IMG/VR virus record: IMGVR_UViG_3300044849_000022 | Span: 1 to 49,885 of that record | Reading direction: 5' to 3' (one strand) | Source of the DNA: a virus | Lineage: Duplodnaviria > Caudoviricetes | DNA: 49,885 nucleotides | Shown: one piece after another, positions 38,867 through 47,721 of the stretch | Layout: the number at the start of each line of letters is the position of its first letter | Position numbering within the stretch: position 1 is the stretch's first letter | Program-made: the position numbers and the translations under genes | Notes under the pieces: model-generated | Told to the model about the DNA's origin: nothing | Databases searched by the model: none | The model's input: only the letters and a program-made list of their open reading frames with translations

Positions 38867-39625
38867 TCATATCCATCTTTTCTTAAAATTACTCGTGGTT
38901 TCTTTATACTTTATTATACTCATTAATTCTCTTAACTCTCCGGGTTCAACAGACCACTCCCGATCCTTAAACGGTAATGCTCTTGATAAAATAAAATGTT
39001 TCTCTATAAATTCTAAATCGTATAAATCTAAAAATGTTTTTATGGCCCGTAATCCTACTGAATGATCCGATATCCCGTCAAATTGAATACCCATTAAATC
39101 AAAGTCTATACATTCAATCGGTGTAGGATACATCGACTTACAATACAACCATTTGACATTCTTATTATCCTCATAATCTTCTCTAACTTCTATAATTTCA
39201 TCAGTTGTATGCATCCCCGTACTGATTAACAATAGATTATTTGGGAAGTATCCAATAACAGCATCTATAAGCTCGATATCCATCATATTAGGTGATGCTA
39301 TCTTTAGAGCAAATTTTGTTTCTTCTAAGTAATGCTTACGCAGCCATTCACATCTTTGTTCATGAAATATTGTAAACATCGGTGTAATGTTCAAAGGTTT
39401 ACAAAGTTCAAATATACAATCAACATCCTCTATAGTTAGCTCAGCTAACGATAACCTGGATTTGGTTTCTTCAAAATTCGGATATTCTGGATTTAATTTG
39501 TTAGTATCATAAAGCTGAAATTTTATGTAGTCAACATTATTTGCCTCCGCATGTGCAATCATACTCTCATACATAAATTTATTGCCGCCGTGATTACAAC
39601 AGGCGTCCAGTATCAATTTAGTCAT
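38867..39625 (-). CDS. neuB: N-acetylneuraminate (nonulosonate) synthase, apparently lacking the C-terminal SAF domain
   Basis: NHGG, IKFQ, KIAS, ISTGM, C.S.YPTP, G.SDHS.G, IEKHF.L. Confidence 0.92.
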   Translation of the reverse strand: MTKLILDACCNHGGNKFMYESMIAHAEANNVDYIKFQLYDTNKLNPEYPNFEETKSRLSLAELTIEDVDCIFELCKPLNITPMFTIFHEQRCEWLRKHYLEETKFALKIASPNMMDIELIDAVIGYFPNNLLLISTGMHTTDEIIEVREDYEDNKNVKWLYCKSMYPTPIECIDFDLMGIQFDGISDHSVGLRAIKTFLDLYDLEFIEKHFILSRALPFKDREWSVEPGELRELMSIIKYKETTSNFKKRWI

Positions 39626-40427
39626 TCATATTCAGCCCCCTCAATTCTTCTAACCCCATCAAAACATATCTATCTGTAGCTATTCTGGATGGCTCTGACT
39701 TACCGGCCATGTGCGGAGTTATCAAGCTGCATCGTAAAGATTTTAATTCAGATACTTCCTTTGGAGTATAACTTTCTGTTACATCTAATCCAATGCCGGC
39801 TATCTGTTTACTCCTATATGCATGTATAAGATCTTTGACTACAACAATACTTGACCTGGATGTATTAATAAATATTGGTTTTTTCTCACAGATATTAAAG
39901 CACTCTTTATTAATAAGATCTTTAGTTTCCTCATTTTCCTTTAAATGAACCGTAATTATATCGCAACGTTTAAACATCCCATATAAATGTTCTTTAGTGG
40001 AGTTTTTATCATAGCCAATAGTAGCCATTCTAAATCCTTTCAGCAATTCCATAACTTGTTTTGCTACCCTACCAAATCCAATATAACCAATAAGACTATC
40101 TTTTAACTGCCTATTGGTTCTTTTCATTAGACTGAGCATTAGGTATACAGTATGTTCAGCCGTAGACCACACATTATCATATAAAAATTGTTTGTCATCC
40201 AGGTATATAATTTCTACATTAGATATCTTTGGTATGTGATTTACATTAGTACACGGGCACAGAATGTACCTTAGTCTAGGATAATACTTTGGATCAAATT
40301 TGTCCAAATCAAAGTGTAAATAAATAGCTTCAGCATTTTTGTCTACATTCGTAAATTCCATGGTCTTACTATCTTCTATGTAACGAATCCCAGCCTCTGT
40401 CATTTCAGCTAATAACTTAATTTTCAT
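39618..40427 (-). CDS. D-isomer 2-hydroxyacid dehydrogenase family protein
   Basis: STAEH, IGYIGFGRVA, INTSR, G.GLDV, ITPHMAG. Confidence 0.88.
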   Translation of the reverse strand: MKIKLLAEMTEAGIRYIEDSKTMEFTNVDKNAEAIYLHFDLDKFDPKYYPRLRYILCPCTNVNHIPKISNVEIIYLDDKQFLYDNVWSTAEHTVYLMLSLMKRTNRQLKDSLIGYIGFGRVAKQVMELLKGFRMATIGYDKNSTKEHLYGMFKRCDIITVHLKENEETKDLINKECFNICEKKPIFINTSRSSIVVVKDLIHAYRSKQIAGIGLDVTESYTPKEVSELKSLRCSLITPHMAGKSEPSRIATDRYVLMGLEELRGLNMND

Positions 40428-40803
40428 ATAATTTCTTCACATCCTTTGTCGTAAAATTTCTCGGTATACGTATTTCTTCTTTTACTTTCCCCTCTATAAG
40501 TTCAATTACGGATATGCTGTGCGACCAATGTAAATCAATCCAATTGTTTAATTTATTACCTGTTATCCCCTCATTAAGACATTCAATGTCATATATTAAA
40601 ACACTTCTGTACTTTAAGAGGTACCTTAAAATGTAGAATGGCATAGCATTGTTAGTCTTAATAATACGAATAAGATCAACGATATCATGGAAGTCTACAC
40701 TTCCTTTGCTGCCATTTATGGCAAAACCCAGATATTTTCCGCATGTATTACACCTTAAGTCCCATATAGGCTTTTCTTTATCCTTTTTCTTCTCCATCAT
40801 CAT
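40417..40803 (-). CDS. Hypothetical protein
   Basis: Overlaps neighbours; CNTCG. Confidence 0.6.
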   Translation of the reverse strand: MMMEKKKDKEKPIWDLRCNTCGKYLGFAINGSKGSVDFHDIVDLIRIIKTNNAMPFYILRYLLKYRSVLIYDIECLNEGITGNKLNNWIDLHWSHSISVIELIEGKVKEEIRIPRNFTTKDVKKLYEN

Positions 40804-40999
40804 TCCCCTTCTTAACTCTCTTTAGAATCAATTTCTTACCCTCTACAGATGCCATTACATATTCTCTTACGGGATGAAACCGCCAATTAAATAATGCCTC
40901 CTTAGGTATTAAAACCTTAACAACATGTTTTTGGCGTTTGCCCTCATCATCTTCTGTAATAAATATTAATCCTAATTCCCCAGTTACATCTTCTATCAT
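40778..40999 (-). CDS. Small hypothetical protein, possibly AbrB-like
   Basis: V.IPK....W.....EYV...VEGKKLILKR. Confidence 0.5.
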   Translation of the reverse strand: MIEDVTGELGLIFITEDDEGKRQKHVVKVLIPKEALFNWRFHPVREYVMASVEGKKLILKRVKKGNDDGEEKG

Positions 41000-41184
41000 A
41001 ATGGCTTTCTCATCCTTTCTACTACAAGTTCATCGTTATCATTAACACATACCATCAATGATTCTTTTTCCGGATCCCAATGCCAATAATCCATTAACGC
41101 TTTAGATATATCTAAATGTAAGGAATATATCCTACCATCAATAACTTTAACTAGATTAATTTCCCCCCATGCTTCAGTTCTCAT
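40996..41184 (-). CDS. Small hypothetical protein, possibly AbrB-like
   Basis: L.ISK....W.....ESL...VN...LVVER; ATGA-coupled. Confidence 0.5.
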   Translation of the reverse strand: MRTEAWGEINLVKVIDGRIYSLHLDISKALMDYWHWDPEKESLMVCVNDNDELVVERMRKPL

Positions 41185-41420
41185 TCGTCTTCTTTCTCCT
41201 TTATAATGGTTTCTACTTCCACCTCTACGGAAGACCGGATACCTGACTTAGCTTGTACACAAACAAATTCCAGAGATGTACATAAACCTGATTTCATATC
41301 CGGGATAAATTCTTCGGTTTTAACAAATACCTCTTCCATATCTGGTATATTAGTATATACCTTAGTGTTGCCATCCTTATATGTACCTATTAATTCAAAT
41401 ACATATTCATCATTATCCAT
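41181..41420 (-). CDS. Small acidic hypothetical protein
   Basis: SD AAGGAG; ATGA-coupled. Confidence 0.6.
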   Translation of the reverse strand: MDNDEYVFELIGTYKDGNTKVYTNIPDMEEVFVKTEEFIPDMKSGLCTSLEFVCVQAKSGIRSSVEVEVETIIKEKEDE

Positions 41421-41434
41421 CGTTAAATTCTCCT

Positions 41435-42862
41435 TTATCTTCCTAAAAGTTTTATGTAACCTTGGTTTACAAAATTATCGATTTGCATATTTGTATAACC
41501 TTTTAATTTTAACTCTCCTCTTGTCCATGTACCGGATATATGCTCTTGGGTTTCATAGTATGGTTTTGCATATTCACAAGCAAAATATCTGATAGCATCC
41601 AAAGCATGGGTTAATTCATGCGGTTCTTTGGATACATCATTGGGATCCTTTTCCGATCTTTGGATTACCGGGATATGGCTTACCAACATTTTACAATTGC
41701 TGAAGATCTTTAAAGCTGCCGTTTTAATTGGCTTCCCTGTCTCGAGATCCGGTGTTTCTCGAACACGCAAAAGTTCTTTAAGGCATAACCACCCCTCGAC
41801 TCGGTCAGTTTTAGTCGTTAGAAAGTTTATACCATGATCGGAAAAGATTTCTAGGGCCGTTTTTCCGGTGTCTTTTTGGCGGGCCCGCATGTCCGGTGGC
41901 GCATACCAGTAAACAACTTGGTCGTCTCCTGTTATTTCTAAAATCCGTTTAGCAGCTGAGGAAATGATGTGATCTTTTTCCCAAACTTCTTTGGTTACGT
42001 AGAAATTACCTTCGTGGTCATCTGCGATCCAGTATCCCGCCAGGCAATCCAAACCGTAGTCCATGACAAAATACGTATACCAACTAGAAGGAATAACAAA
42101 AGGTTCGATAACATGAATATTCCTTTTAAATTCCTTGAAGAATGCCCCCGATAATGCATCCCAGTCACCGTCACGGTGGGCTGCAACCATGTCTTCAGGC
42201 ATATTGTTAAGCATTTTCATATAATCCGGATCATTTTCCATAAGAACCGTGTTATCCCATACCAGAGCCGGAATAAATTCATAATCATCCGGATCCTCAT
42301 CCCGCTCATATATCTTATCAATGAACAAACGTTTTATGTAGTGGTGGCTGGGGCCACCGGGATTACATGTATAATAAATTCTGGATACAAAATCAGTCCT
42401 AACCGAACGTAAACATGTACCAATGAATCTTAAAACATACTCAGAAAATAGTGTAGCCTCTTCAAATCCAATAACATCATATTCGTGGCCCTGGTACTGA
42501 AGGGCACTGGCATCATTATCACAATAACCTAATTTGAGTATTGATCCGTTGTTGAATAAAAAGGCTTTTTGTGATGCCCGGTAGATAGCTATCCCTTTTA
42601 GCTCCCGTTGGAGCGGTAATATGTGGTTTGCTTCTAACTCAGGGAATGTCCGCCGCAATAGTAACAGGCGTAAATTCGGATACCGCATTGCAAGTAATGA
42701 AAATTTAACGCGTAACCCGAATGACTTCCCTCCCCCACGGGCACCACCGTAAGCAACATATTTCTTGGCTGATTTAAAAAAACGCTTCTGCTTCGGATTT
42801 AATTTTACATGTTTCTTAAACACTACCTGGTTAGATAGGGTTCTGGCGTAAATCGTGCTCAT
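41435..42862 (-). CDS. terL: Terminase large subunit
   Basis: GGARGGGKS Walker A, IGFEEA Walker B, TCNPGG, MDYG and HALDAIRY nuclease motifs. Confidence 0.95.
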   Translation of the reverse strand: MSTIYARTLSNQVVFKKHVKLNPKQKRFFKSAKKYVAYGGARGGGKSFGLRVKFSLLAMRYPNLRLLLLRRTFPELEANHILPLQRELKGIAIYRASQKAFLFNNGSILKLGYCDNDASALQYQGHEYDVIGFEEATLFSEYVLRFIGTCLRSVRTDFVSRIYYTCNPGGPSHHYIKRLFIDKIYERDEDPDDYEFIPALVWDNTVLMENDPDYMKMLNNMPEDMVAAHRDGDWDALSGAFFKEFKRNIHVIEPFVIPSSWYTYFVMDYGLDCLAGYWIADDHEGNFYVTKEVWEKDHIISSAAKRILEITGDDQVVYWYAPPDMRARQKDTGKTALEIFSDHGINFLTTKTDRVEGWLCLKELLRVRETPDLETGKPIKTAALKIFSNCKMLVSHIPVIQRSEKDPNDVSKEPHELTHALDAIRYFACEYAKPYYETQEHISGTWTRGELKLKGYTNMQIDNFVNQGYIKLLGR

Positions 42863-42873
42863 TCGCCGCCCCC

Positions 42874-43380
42874 CTATTCTGACAGGTCTTTTAAGTCCTC
42901 TTGTAATTCAAGGTCATTTGTCTGTTCGACCTCTTGTTTGTTACCCCATCTTTCCTTATGCAGTTTAGTAGCCATAAATTGGAGCATATGATTACATGGG
43001 GCTACCTTATGTGTTATTTTAGTAACTTCATACACTGGTTTAAAATTTTCATCCAGTATCGGTCTACCATCAGAATCCCGAAGTAGTTCTTCTACTTTTT
43101 CCTGGTACTTAAAACCTTCTTGGGATCTCTTTAAAATTGCAGGTTCAATAAGATCTTGCAATAGTGTTGTATCCCCATAGTCCCAGGCGGCTTGAAATTC
43201 TTTCATTTTCCGCAAATATACATACATTATCTGTCTACTCGGAAATCCGATCTTAGTAGCTATCTGATCCGCTTTGAATCCTTCAGACCGCCATCTTTGT
43301 ATATCCAATAAATGATCTCTTACCAGGGCTTCATACCTTTTTATATTATTCTGTAACCGTGTGTCTCCCGATTGTGACAT
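42874..43380 (-). CDS. Putative terminase small subunit
   Basis: N-terminal HTH (G....QIA.KIG), ERW C-terminal motif; directly upstream of terL. Confidence 0.65.
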   Translation of the reverse strand: MSQSGDTRLQNNIKRYEALVRDHLLDIQRWRSEGFKADQIATKIGFPSRQIMYVYLRKMKEFQAAWDYGDTTLLQDLIEPAILKRSQEGFKYQEKVEELLRDSDGRPILDENFKPVYEVTKITHKVAPCNHMLQFMATKLHKERWGNKQEVEQTNDLELQEDLKDLSE

Positions 43381-43451
43381 TTTTAATTTCCCCTCTCTAT
43401 AGATTATTTGGTTGTGGTTTTTTATTTATATATGTATTCTATAGAGTGTGT

Positions 43452-44162
43452 CTATTTTGGGGTTGTATAATATAACTTTTCAATTAATCCTTTCCAGTTA
43501 TGGCCATCCCGATTGATTGTCTTCAAATCCTCCAGGTAGATGTTCGCCCATGGGGTCACCTCCCGTAAGATTGTTTCATAATTCTTGGTATCCGGATGAA
43601 GTATCGGATGTTGATCAGATGCAAATGTCATCCCGAAGTATCCATATATAGCCCGGGCCAAAGCATCCACAATGCGGGTTTTTTTCACATAGAAATCCGC
43701 TACATCAACCGGGTTGTCATGGAACATTATCTCAATCAAACATGCCCATGCATTCGTACATCGTGTCTCAAATAAACCGTCCTTATATAAAACATTGTCT
43801 GGTAAGCATCCCCGATCCGTGGATACGGTCAATGGGGCTACGGCGTTATAGATACATTCTGCCCACTTTTTACCCTCGGGCTTGGTTGCATACCAATAAT
43901 AACATTCTGTGCCTTTGCCGCCGCCCGCATTGGAATGCAGGGCTAAGTGGTAATCGGCTTTTTTATTGTTGCTATCGGCCACCGTCTGCTCTAAGGTCAT
44001 GGATCCGGTATTGCGATATATAATAATGTCTCCTTTTTCTTCCTTGAGCTTTACTGCCAGCATATCCGCCAAGGACTGCATTTGGCTTTCCTCTGTCCCG
44101 TATCCGTTTACACCAATGTTTTTCTCTTGGGTACTTGCTGATATATACAAAATTTTACTCAT
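43452..44162 (-). CDS. N-acetylmuramoyl-L-alanine amidase (Amidase_3 endolysin)
   Basis: ALHSNA, GTECY, LFETR.T.A.ACLIEIMFHDN. Confidence 0.88.
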   Translation of the reverse strand: MSKILYISASTQEKNIGVNGYGTEESQMQSLADMLAVKLKEEKGDIIIYRNTGSMTLEQTVADSNNKKADYHLALHSNAGGGKGTECYYWYATKPEGKKWAECIYNAVAPLTVSTDRGCLPDNVLYKDGLFETRCTNAWACLIEIMFHDNPVDVADFYVKKTRIVDALARAIYGYFGMTFASDQHPILHPDTKNYETILREVTPWANIYLEDLKTINRDGHNWKGLIEKLYYTTPK

Positions 44163-44334
44163 TTGTTTCCCTCTCTAATCTGGCGATTTTTCTCTCTAGT
44201 TTACCCATTCTATCTTTACGCTGCATATCACCTATATTAGTAATAGTACTTTCTATAGTGTTTATACTCAACTCTATATTCTCTAGTGTCGAGTTAATAT
44301 GTGTTACCATTGCTAGTATTTTTCCGTCATCCAA
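44155..44334 (-). CDS. Small coiled-coil protein, 59 aa, absent from the ORF track
   Basis: SD GGGGGTG then TTG; MDDGKILAMV...KLERKIARLERETNE; stop overlaps the amidase start. Confidence 0.55.
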   Translation of the reverse strand: MDDGKILAMVTHINSTLENIELSINTIESTITNIGDMQRKDRMGKLERKIARLERETNE

Positions 44335-44340
44335 TGAACA

Positions 44341-44565
44341 TCACCCCCCTTTGAATAGGCTAGCTTCATCTACAGTTATGTATTCGGCTTTTTGATAAGG
44401 ATACCATAAGTCATTTGCAGTTACGGGATCAGGTATAACTATATTAAGTTTTTTTGCTGTTTGCTTAACCAATTGCTTACTTTTTTCTGAATAGCAAACT
44501 ATGGTTGCCCCCATATGCGCACTTTTTCTTATGAGAAATTCTGTTTTAGCTGATCTCGGTTTCAT
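44341..44565 (-). CDS. Small protein resembling a minimal/degenerate P-loop fragment
   Basis: SD AGGAG; PRSAKT at the N-terminus, ITVDEA at the C-terminus. Confidence 0.5.
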   Translation of the reverse strand: MKPRSAKTEFLIRKSAHMGATIVCYSEKSKQLVKQTAKKLNIVIPDPVTANDLWYPYQKAEYITVDEASLFKGG

Positions 44566-44594
44566 GGTCGTTTTCTCTCCTAAAATTTTTTGGC

Positions 44595-44636
44595 GGTTAC
44601 CCCCCTATTTGAAAATGTAGGTTTGCCGGGGTAACC
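44595..44636 (-). repeat. Structured leader repeat, copy 1
   Basis: GGTTACCCC...GGGGTAACC stem; homologous to 45044..45085. Confidence 0.7.
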
Positions 44637-44649
44637 TTGTGGCCGTAAT

Positions 44650-45021
44650 TTATTCTTTCATATAGTATATCCTGGGCTTAAAGTCGCGTCTTGTAGATCT
44701 TAAACAACACATAATAAATCTAATAGCATACTGGGACATCTCCTCGGCATTAACAAATCCTATAACATCAAATTCTTGCCCAGAATAGTAACCACACACA
44801 TAATCATCCGTCTCACTGTGTCCAATCCTTAATATAGATCCATTACTAAATAAAAAGTATCTTCGAGATTGGTTCCATTGTACCCATTTGTCTATAGACA
44901 CCAGTTCCCGTTGTAATGGTTCTGTAGTATCAGGAAGTTTCTTATATACCAATAACAACTTTAATTTGGGGTATTTCTGAGCTAACTTGTAGAATTCCTC
45001 TATTTTGTGTTCCATATGCAT
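44650..45021 (-). CDS. Truncated paralog of the TerL ATPase domain (no Walker A, Walker B EE replaced by VN)
   Basis: FLFSNGSILRIG...GQEFDVIGF...RFI..CLRS.R.DF..RIYY aligns to TerL. Confidence 0.85.
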   Translation of the reverse strand: MHMEHKIEEFYKLAQKYPKLKLLLVYKKLPDTTEPLQRELVSIDKWVQWNQSRRYFLFSNGSILRIGHSETDDYVCGYYSGQEFDVIGFVNAEEMSQYAIRFIMCCLRSTRRDFKPRIYYMKE

Positions 45022-45043
45022 TTACTCCTTACAATTTTATTTG

Positions 45044-45085
45044 GGCTACCCCCCTATTTGAAATGTTGGCTTTCTTGGGGTAACC
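45044..45085 (-). repeat. Structured leader repeat, copy 2
   Basis: Same stem, with a G.U-compatible change on the minus strand. Confidence 0.7.
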
Positions 45086-45156
45086 TAGGTTACATTAATT
45101 GGTTCTAGCGCTTACTCTTAAAATAAATGTGACGTTGGGGCCAATGGCGACCTAGT

Positions 45157-45495
45157 TCATGCCTTCTGCTCCACCCCCCGGGGGCGAAAAGTTTTCCTGG
45201 GGTCGGCCCCCACTTCGTAAAAAATGTCATCGAATGAACACTTTAATGCAGCCATTATACGCGCACGTACTACCCCCCTAGGAAACCTGCTATTTTCCTC
45301 TATACTATATAGATAATTAACTGATACCCCTAACTTAGTAGCCATATCAGTAAGAGTCATATAACGTGCTTCTCTATACTCTCTTAGTTTGTTCTTAAAT
45401 GCTATCTTATGATTAGGTCTTAGTGCATACTTATCATATATTTTCTTGTTATTATCTTTCTTATCCATTGCATCATTCTCCTTCATAATTATCAT
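45157..45495 (-). CDS. XRE-family HTH regulator
   Basis: NKLREYRE...MTLTDMA.KLGVS..YL..IE....P. Confidence 0.88.
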   Translation of the reverse strand: MIIMKENDAMDKKDNNKKIYDKYALRPNHKIAFKNKLREYREARYMTLTDMATKLGVSVNYLYSIEENSRFPRGVVRARIMAALKCSFDDIFYEVGADPRKTFRPRGVEQKA

Positions 45496-45612
45496 AATCG
45501 AATGTTACATAATGAGACGATCAATATCATAATGTAACTTTCATTTTGCTGTTTTTGTCCCGAATTGTTCTAAACCCTCTAATAAATCAAATGTGAATGT
45601 TACACAATATAG

Positions 45613-45807
45613 TTATGTAACATTCGATATTTTATGTTCATCTCTATCTAATACATTGTAAGTACCTTCATAAAATTGCTTTACTGCCTCTCTAACTACA
45701 TCCTGGGCCGATAAGCGAAATATTACCCCCAAATCTATTATATTTTGATAAGCAGTCGAACTCACCCAAGTCTGTAATTTCTTCATACCTTTGTATGTAT
45801 CAGCCAT
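45613..45807 (-). CDS. Putative ribbon-helix-helix protein
   Basis: SD AAGGAGG; KKLQTWVS...SAQDVVREAV. Confidence 0.6.
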   Translation of the reverse strand: MADTYKGMKKLQTWVSSTAYQNIIDLGVIFRLSAQDVVREAVKQFYEGTYNVLDRDEHKISNVT

Positions 45808-45829
45808 TTGTTGCCCTCCTTTTTACTAT

Positions 45830-47270
45830 TATTGTTATTACAAACATTTTAACATAGTATTAATGCTTTTGTAACGCATTTGTTAACATTCGTCCCGAAT
45901 TTCCAGTTATGGGATACTATAACAAATGTAAATATATGGTGTTCACAATTTGTTCGCCCCCTTCAACGCCTGTTATCCCCTGACTTTGAGTCGATTTTTT
46001 GGCACTTGCAACTTGTTAACTAAGATTTCTATTAATTATAATATAATTTTTTTTTTTATATGCAATATTTTTCTTTTTAGGTTAGTATACATATATTACC
46101 TATATCAACTACATAATTATACACTTTTTATATTTATTTTTTTTTATTTATACTTTATATAATATATTAGTTGCTTAGTTAACAAATGGTATCTAAGCAA
46201 CTAATAGCCTCAAAATTTTGTTAACTAAGAATGTTACTAAGATTTTATTTGTTAACTAGGTTAGTTAACAAATCTATGTGATTCAGGGGGTAACTGGAGT
46301 CGACAAGATCTTCAGTTTTGGAAATTATGGAAATAATCTGGTTGTCGAAGTACACATGTGTTTAAGTTTGTGGTTGATGCTGGGTCTAGTGGTAATGTGT
46401 GTTTATAACACTTATAAAATGCTTCCATATTTTGACATCTCTGTATTATTTATGTAATATATGTATCAAATGCCTACATTTGCCATAGTCTCACAAAGTG
46501 TCAAAAAAATTTTGTTAACTAACATTTTTCTTGGTAACATTGTTAGTTAACAAAATTTTTTTTTGATATGTTGTTTTTACTATAATATTCCTGGTAAATG
46601 ATTATACAGGGGTTATTTACCATCGAATATGTATTGCTTTCTGTAAAATATAACCAAGTTTCCAGATTTGGTGTTCTTTTGGGAATAGGCTCACTTTTCG
46701 CGCTCTATTTGTCGTTTTTTCAGACCTTTATTTCTACCGCTATTACCAGTATTTTACTCATATTTATGCAAAACACTGTATATTTATTAACCCATAACAT
46801 TATTATCCAGAGAAACATTCATTTGTTTAGATAATTCACAATTTGTTCACAGATTTGTTCATATTCTGTTCACAATTGTAACACACACCTCCAACAAAGT
46901 TATACCGGGCAATTCATCAAAAGTGAACAACCCCAATCAATACTCTCAGTGTACCTAATCTCGTCAATTTTTTTTCCTTAAATTATGTCTCATTCGCTCC
47001 CAACATTATCCAACACACTATATTCTGACAAATTGACTACCCCTCCCAACATTCCACACACATTTAATCAGGGGGTAGCTACACAACCACATATTTTTGT
47101 CACCACTGCCAAACTATTTTTCAACATATTGCCCCCTATTTCAACATATCCCCTAATGATAACCAATTTAACTAATAACATTATTATCCATATAACCGAT
47201 ACACAATATTTCCACATATTTTCTTCACGGCGCCGTAAACCGCATCACTACTAGCACCCATCTTTGTAAC
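45830..47270. other. Long AT-rich non-coding region with iterated TTGTTAAC(TAA)/TTGTTCAC motifs; candidate origin or packaging region
   Basis: No credible ORF; lies at the divergence of gene orientation; repeated motifs in both orientations. Confidence 0.5.
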
Positions 47271-47281
47271 AAAACTGTCAT

Positions 47282-47310
47282 TTGACAAGTTACGTAACTT
47301 GTCATAAACT
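47282..47310 (+). promoter_or_regulatory. Early promoter TTGACA-17-TAAACT containing a perfect 22-bp palindrome
   Basis: TGACAAGTTACGTAACTTGTCA at 47283..47304. Confidence 0.75.
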
Positions 47311-47435
47311 ATTTATTGTCAGCACGGCGGCGACAAAATAAAAACTGACATCCGCTGACAATAATTAAATACATGGGGAGGTAGATAACAACTAAATAAA
47401 TCGATAAATCAATCAACAAATTAACTAATATCTTT

Positions 47436-47450
47436 TGATCTTTGAAAACT
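47436..47450 (+). promoter_or_regulatory. rRNA-type boxA antitermination element
   Basis: TGATCTTTGAAAACT matches the Firmicutes rrn leader boxA (TCTTTGAAAACT). Confidence 0.6.
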
Positions 47451-47721
47451 AAATACAGCGGGTTATAACGATAGCACGAGGCAACCACGGCCATGACCTA
47501 TTTAGTACGAAAGTAGCCATCTACGGACAGCAAGCGGCGAAATCATACCTGAATATTTAGCAGTGGGAAACAATCATCATTATAACAAGAGTATAAATAA
47601 ATTTTTAATCTCTCTAATGAGGGGGTAACAGGCCAGATATGGATTCAAGTTCCATTACCCCACTGATTAAATAAAATCAACAAATAAAAAATAAATTAAA
47701 ACCACGGGAGGAAAAATAATT

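Noticed and set aside
6079-44395. Numerous plus-strand ORFs antisense to the replication and virion genes (e.g. 6631..7053, 14116..14490, 29867..30337, 35015..35416)
   Set aside because: Shadow frames of well-supported minus-strand genes, with no SD or recognisable motifs
45950-47494. ORFs 45950..46162, 46598..46834, 46985..47254 and 47309..47494
   Set aside because: Low-complexity translations of AT-rich or regulatory DNA without SD sites
47621-47662. True tRNA gene
   Set aside because: Only about 42-50 nt with no anticodon arm; reported as tRNA-like elements instead
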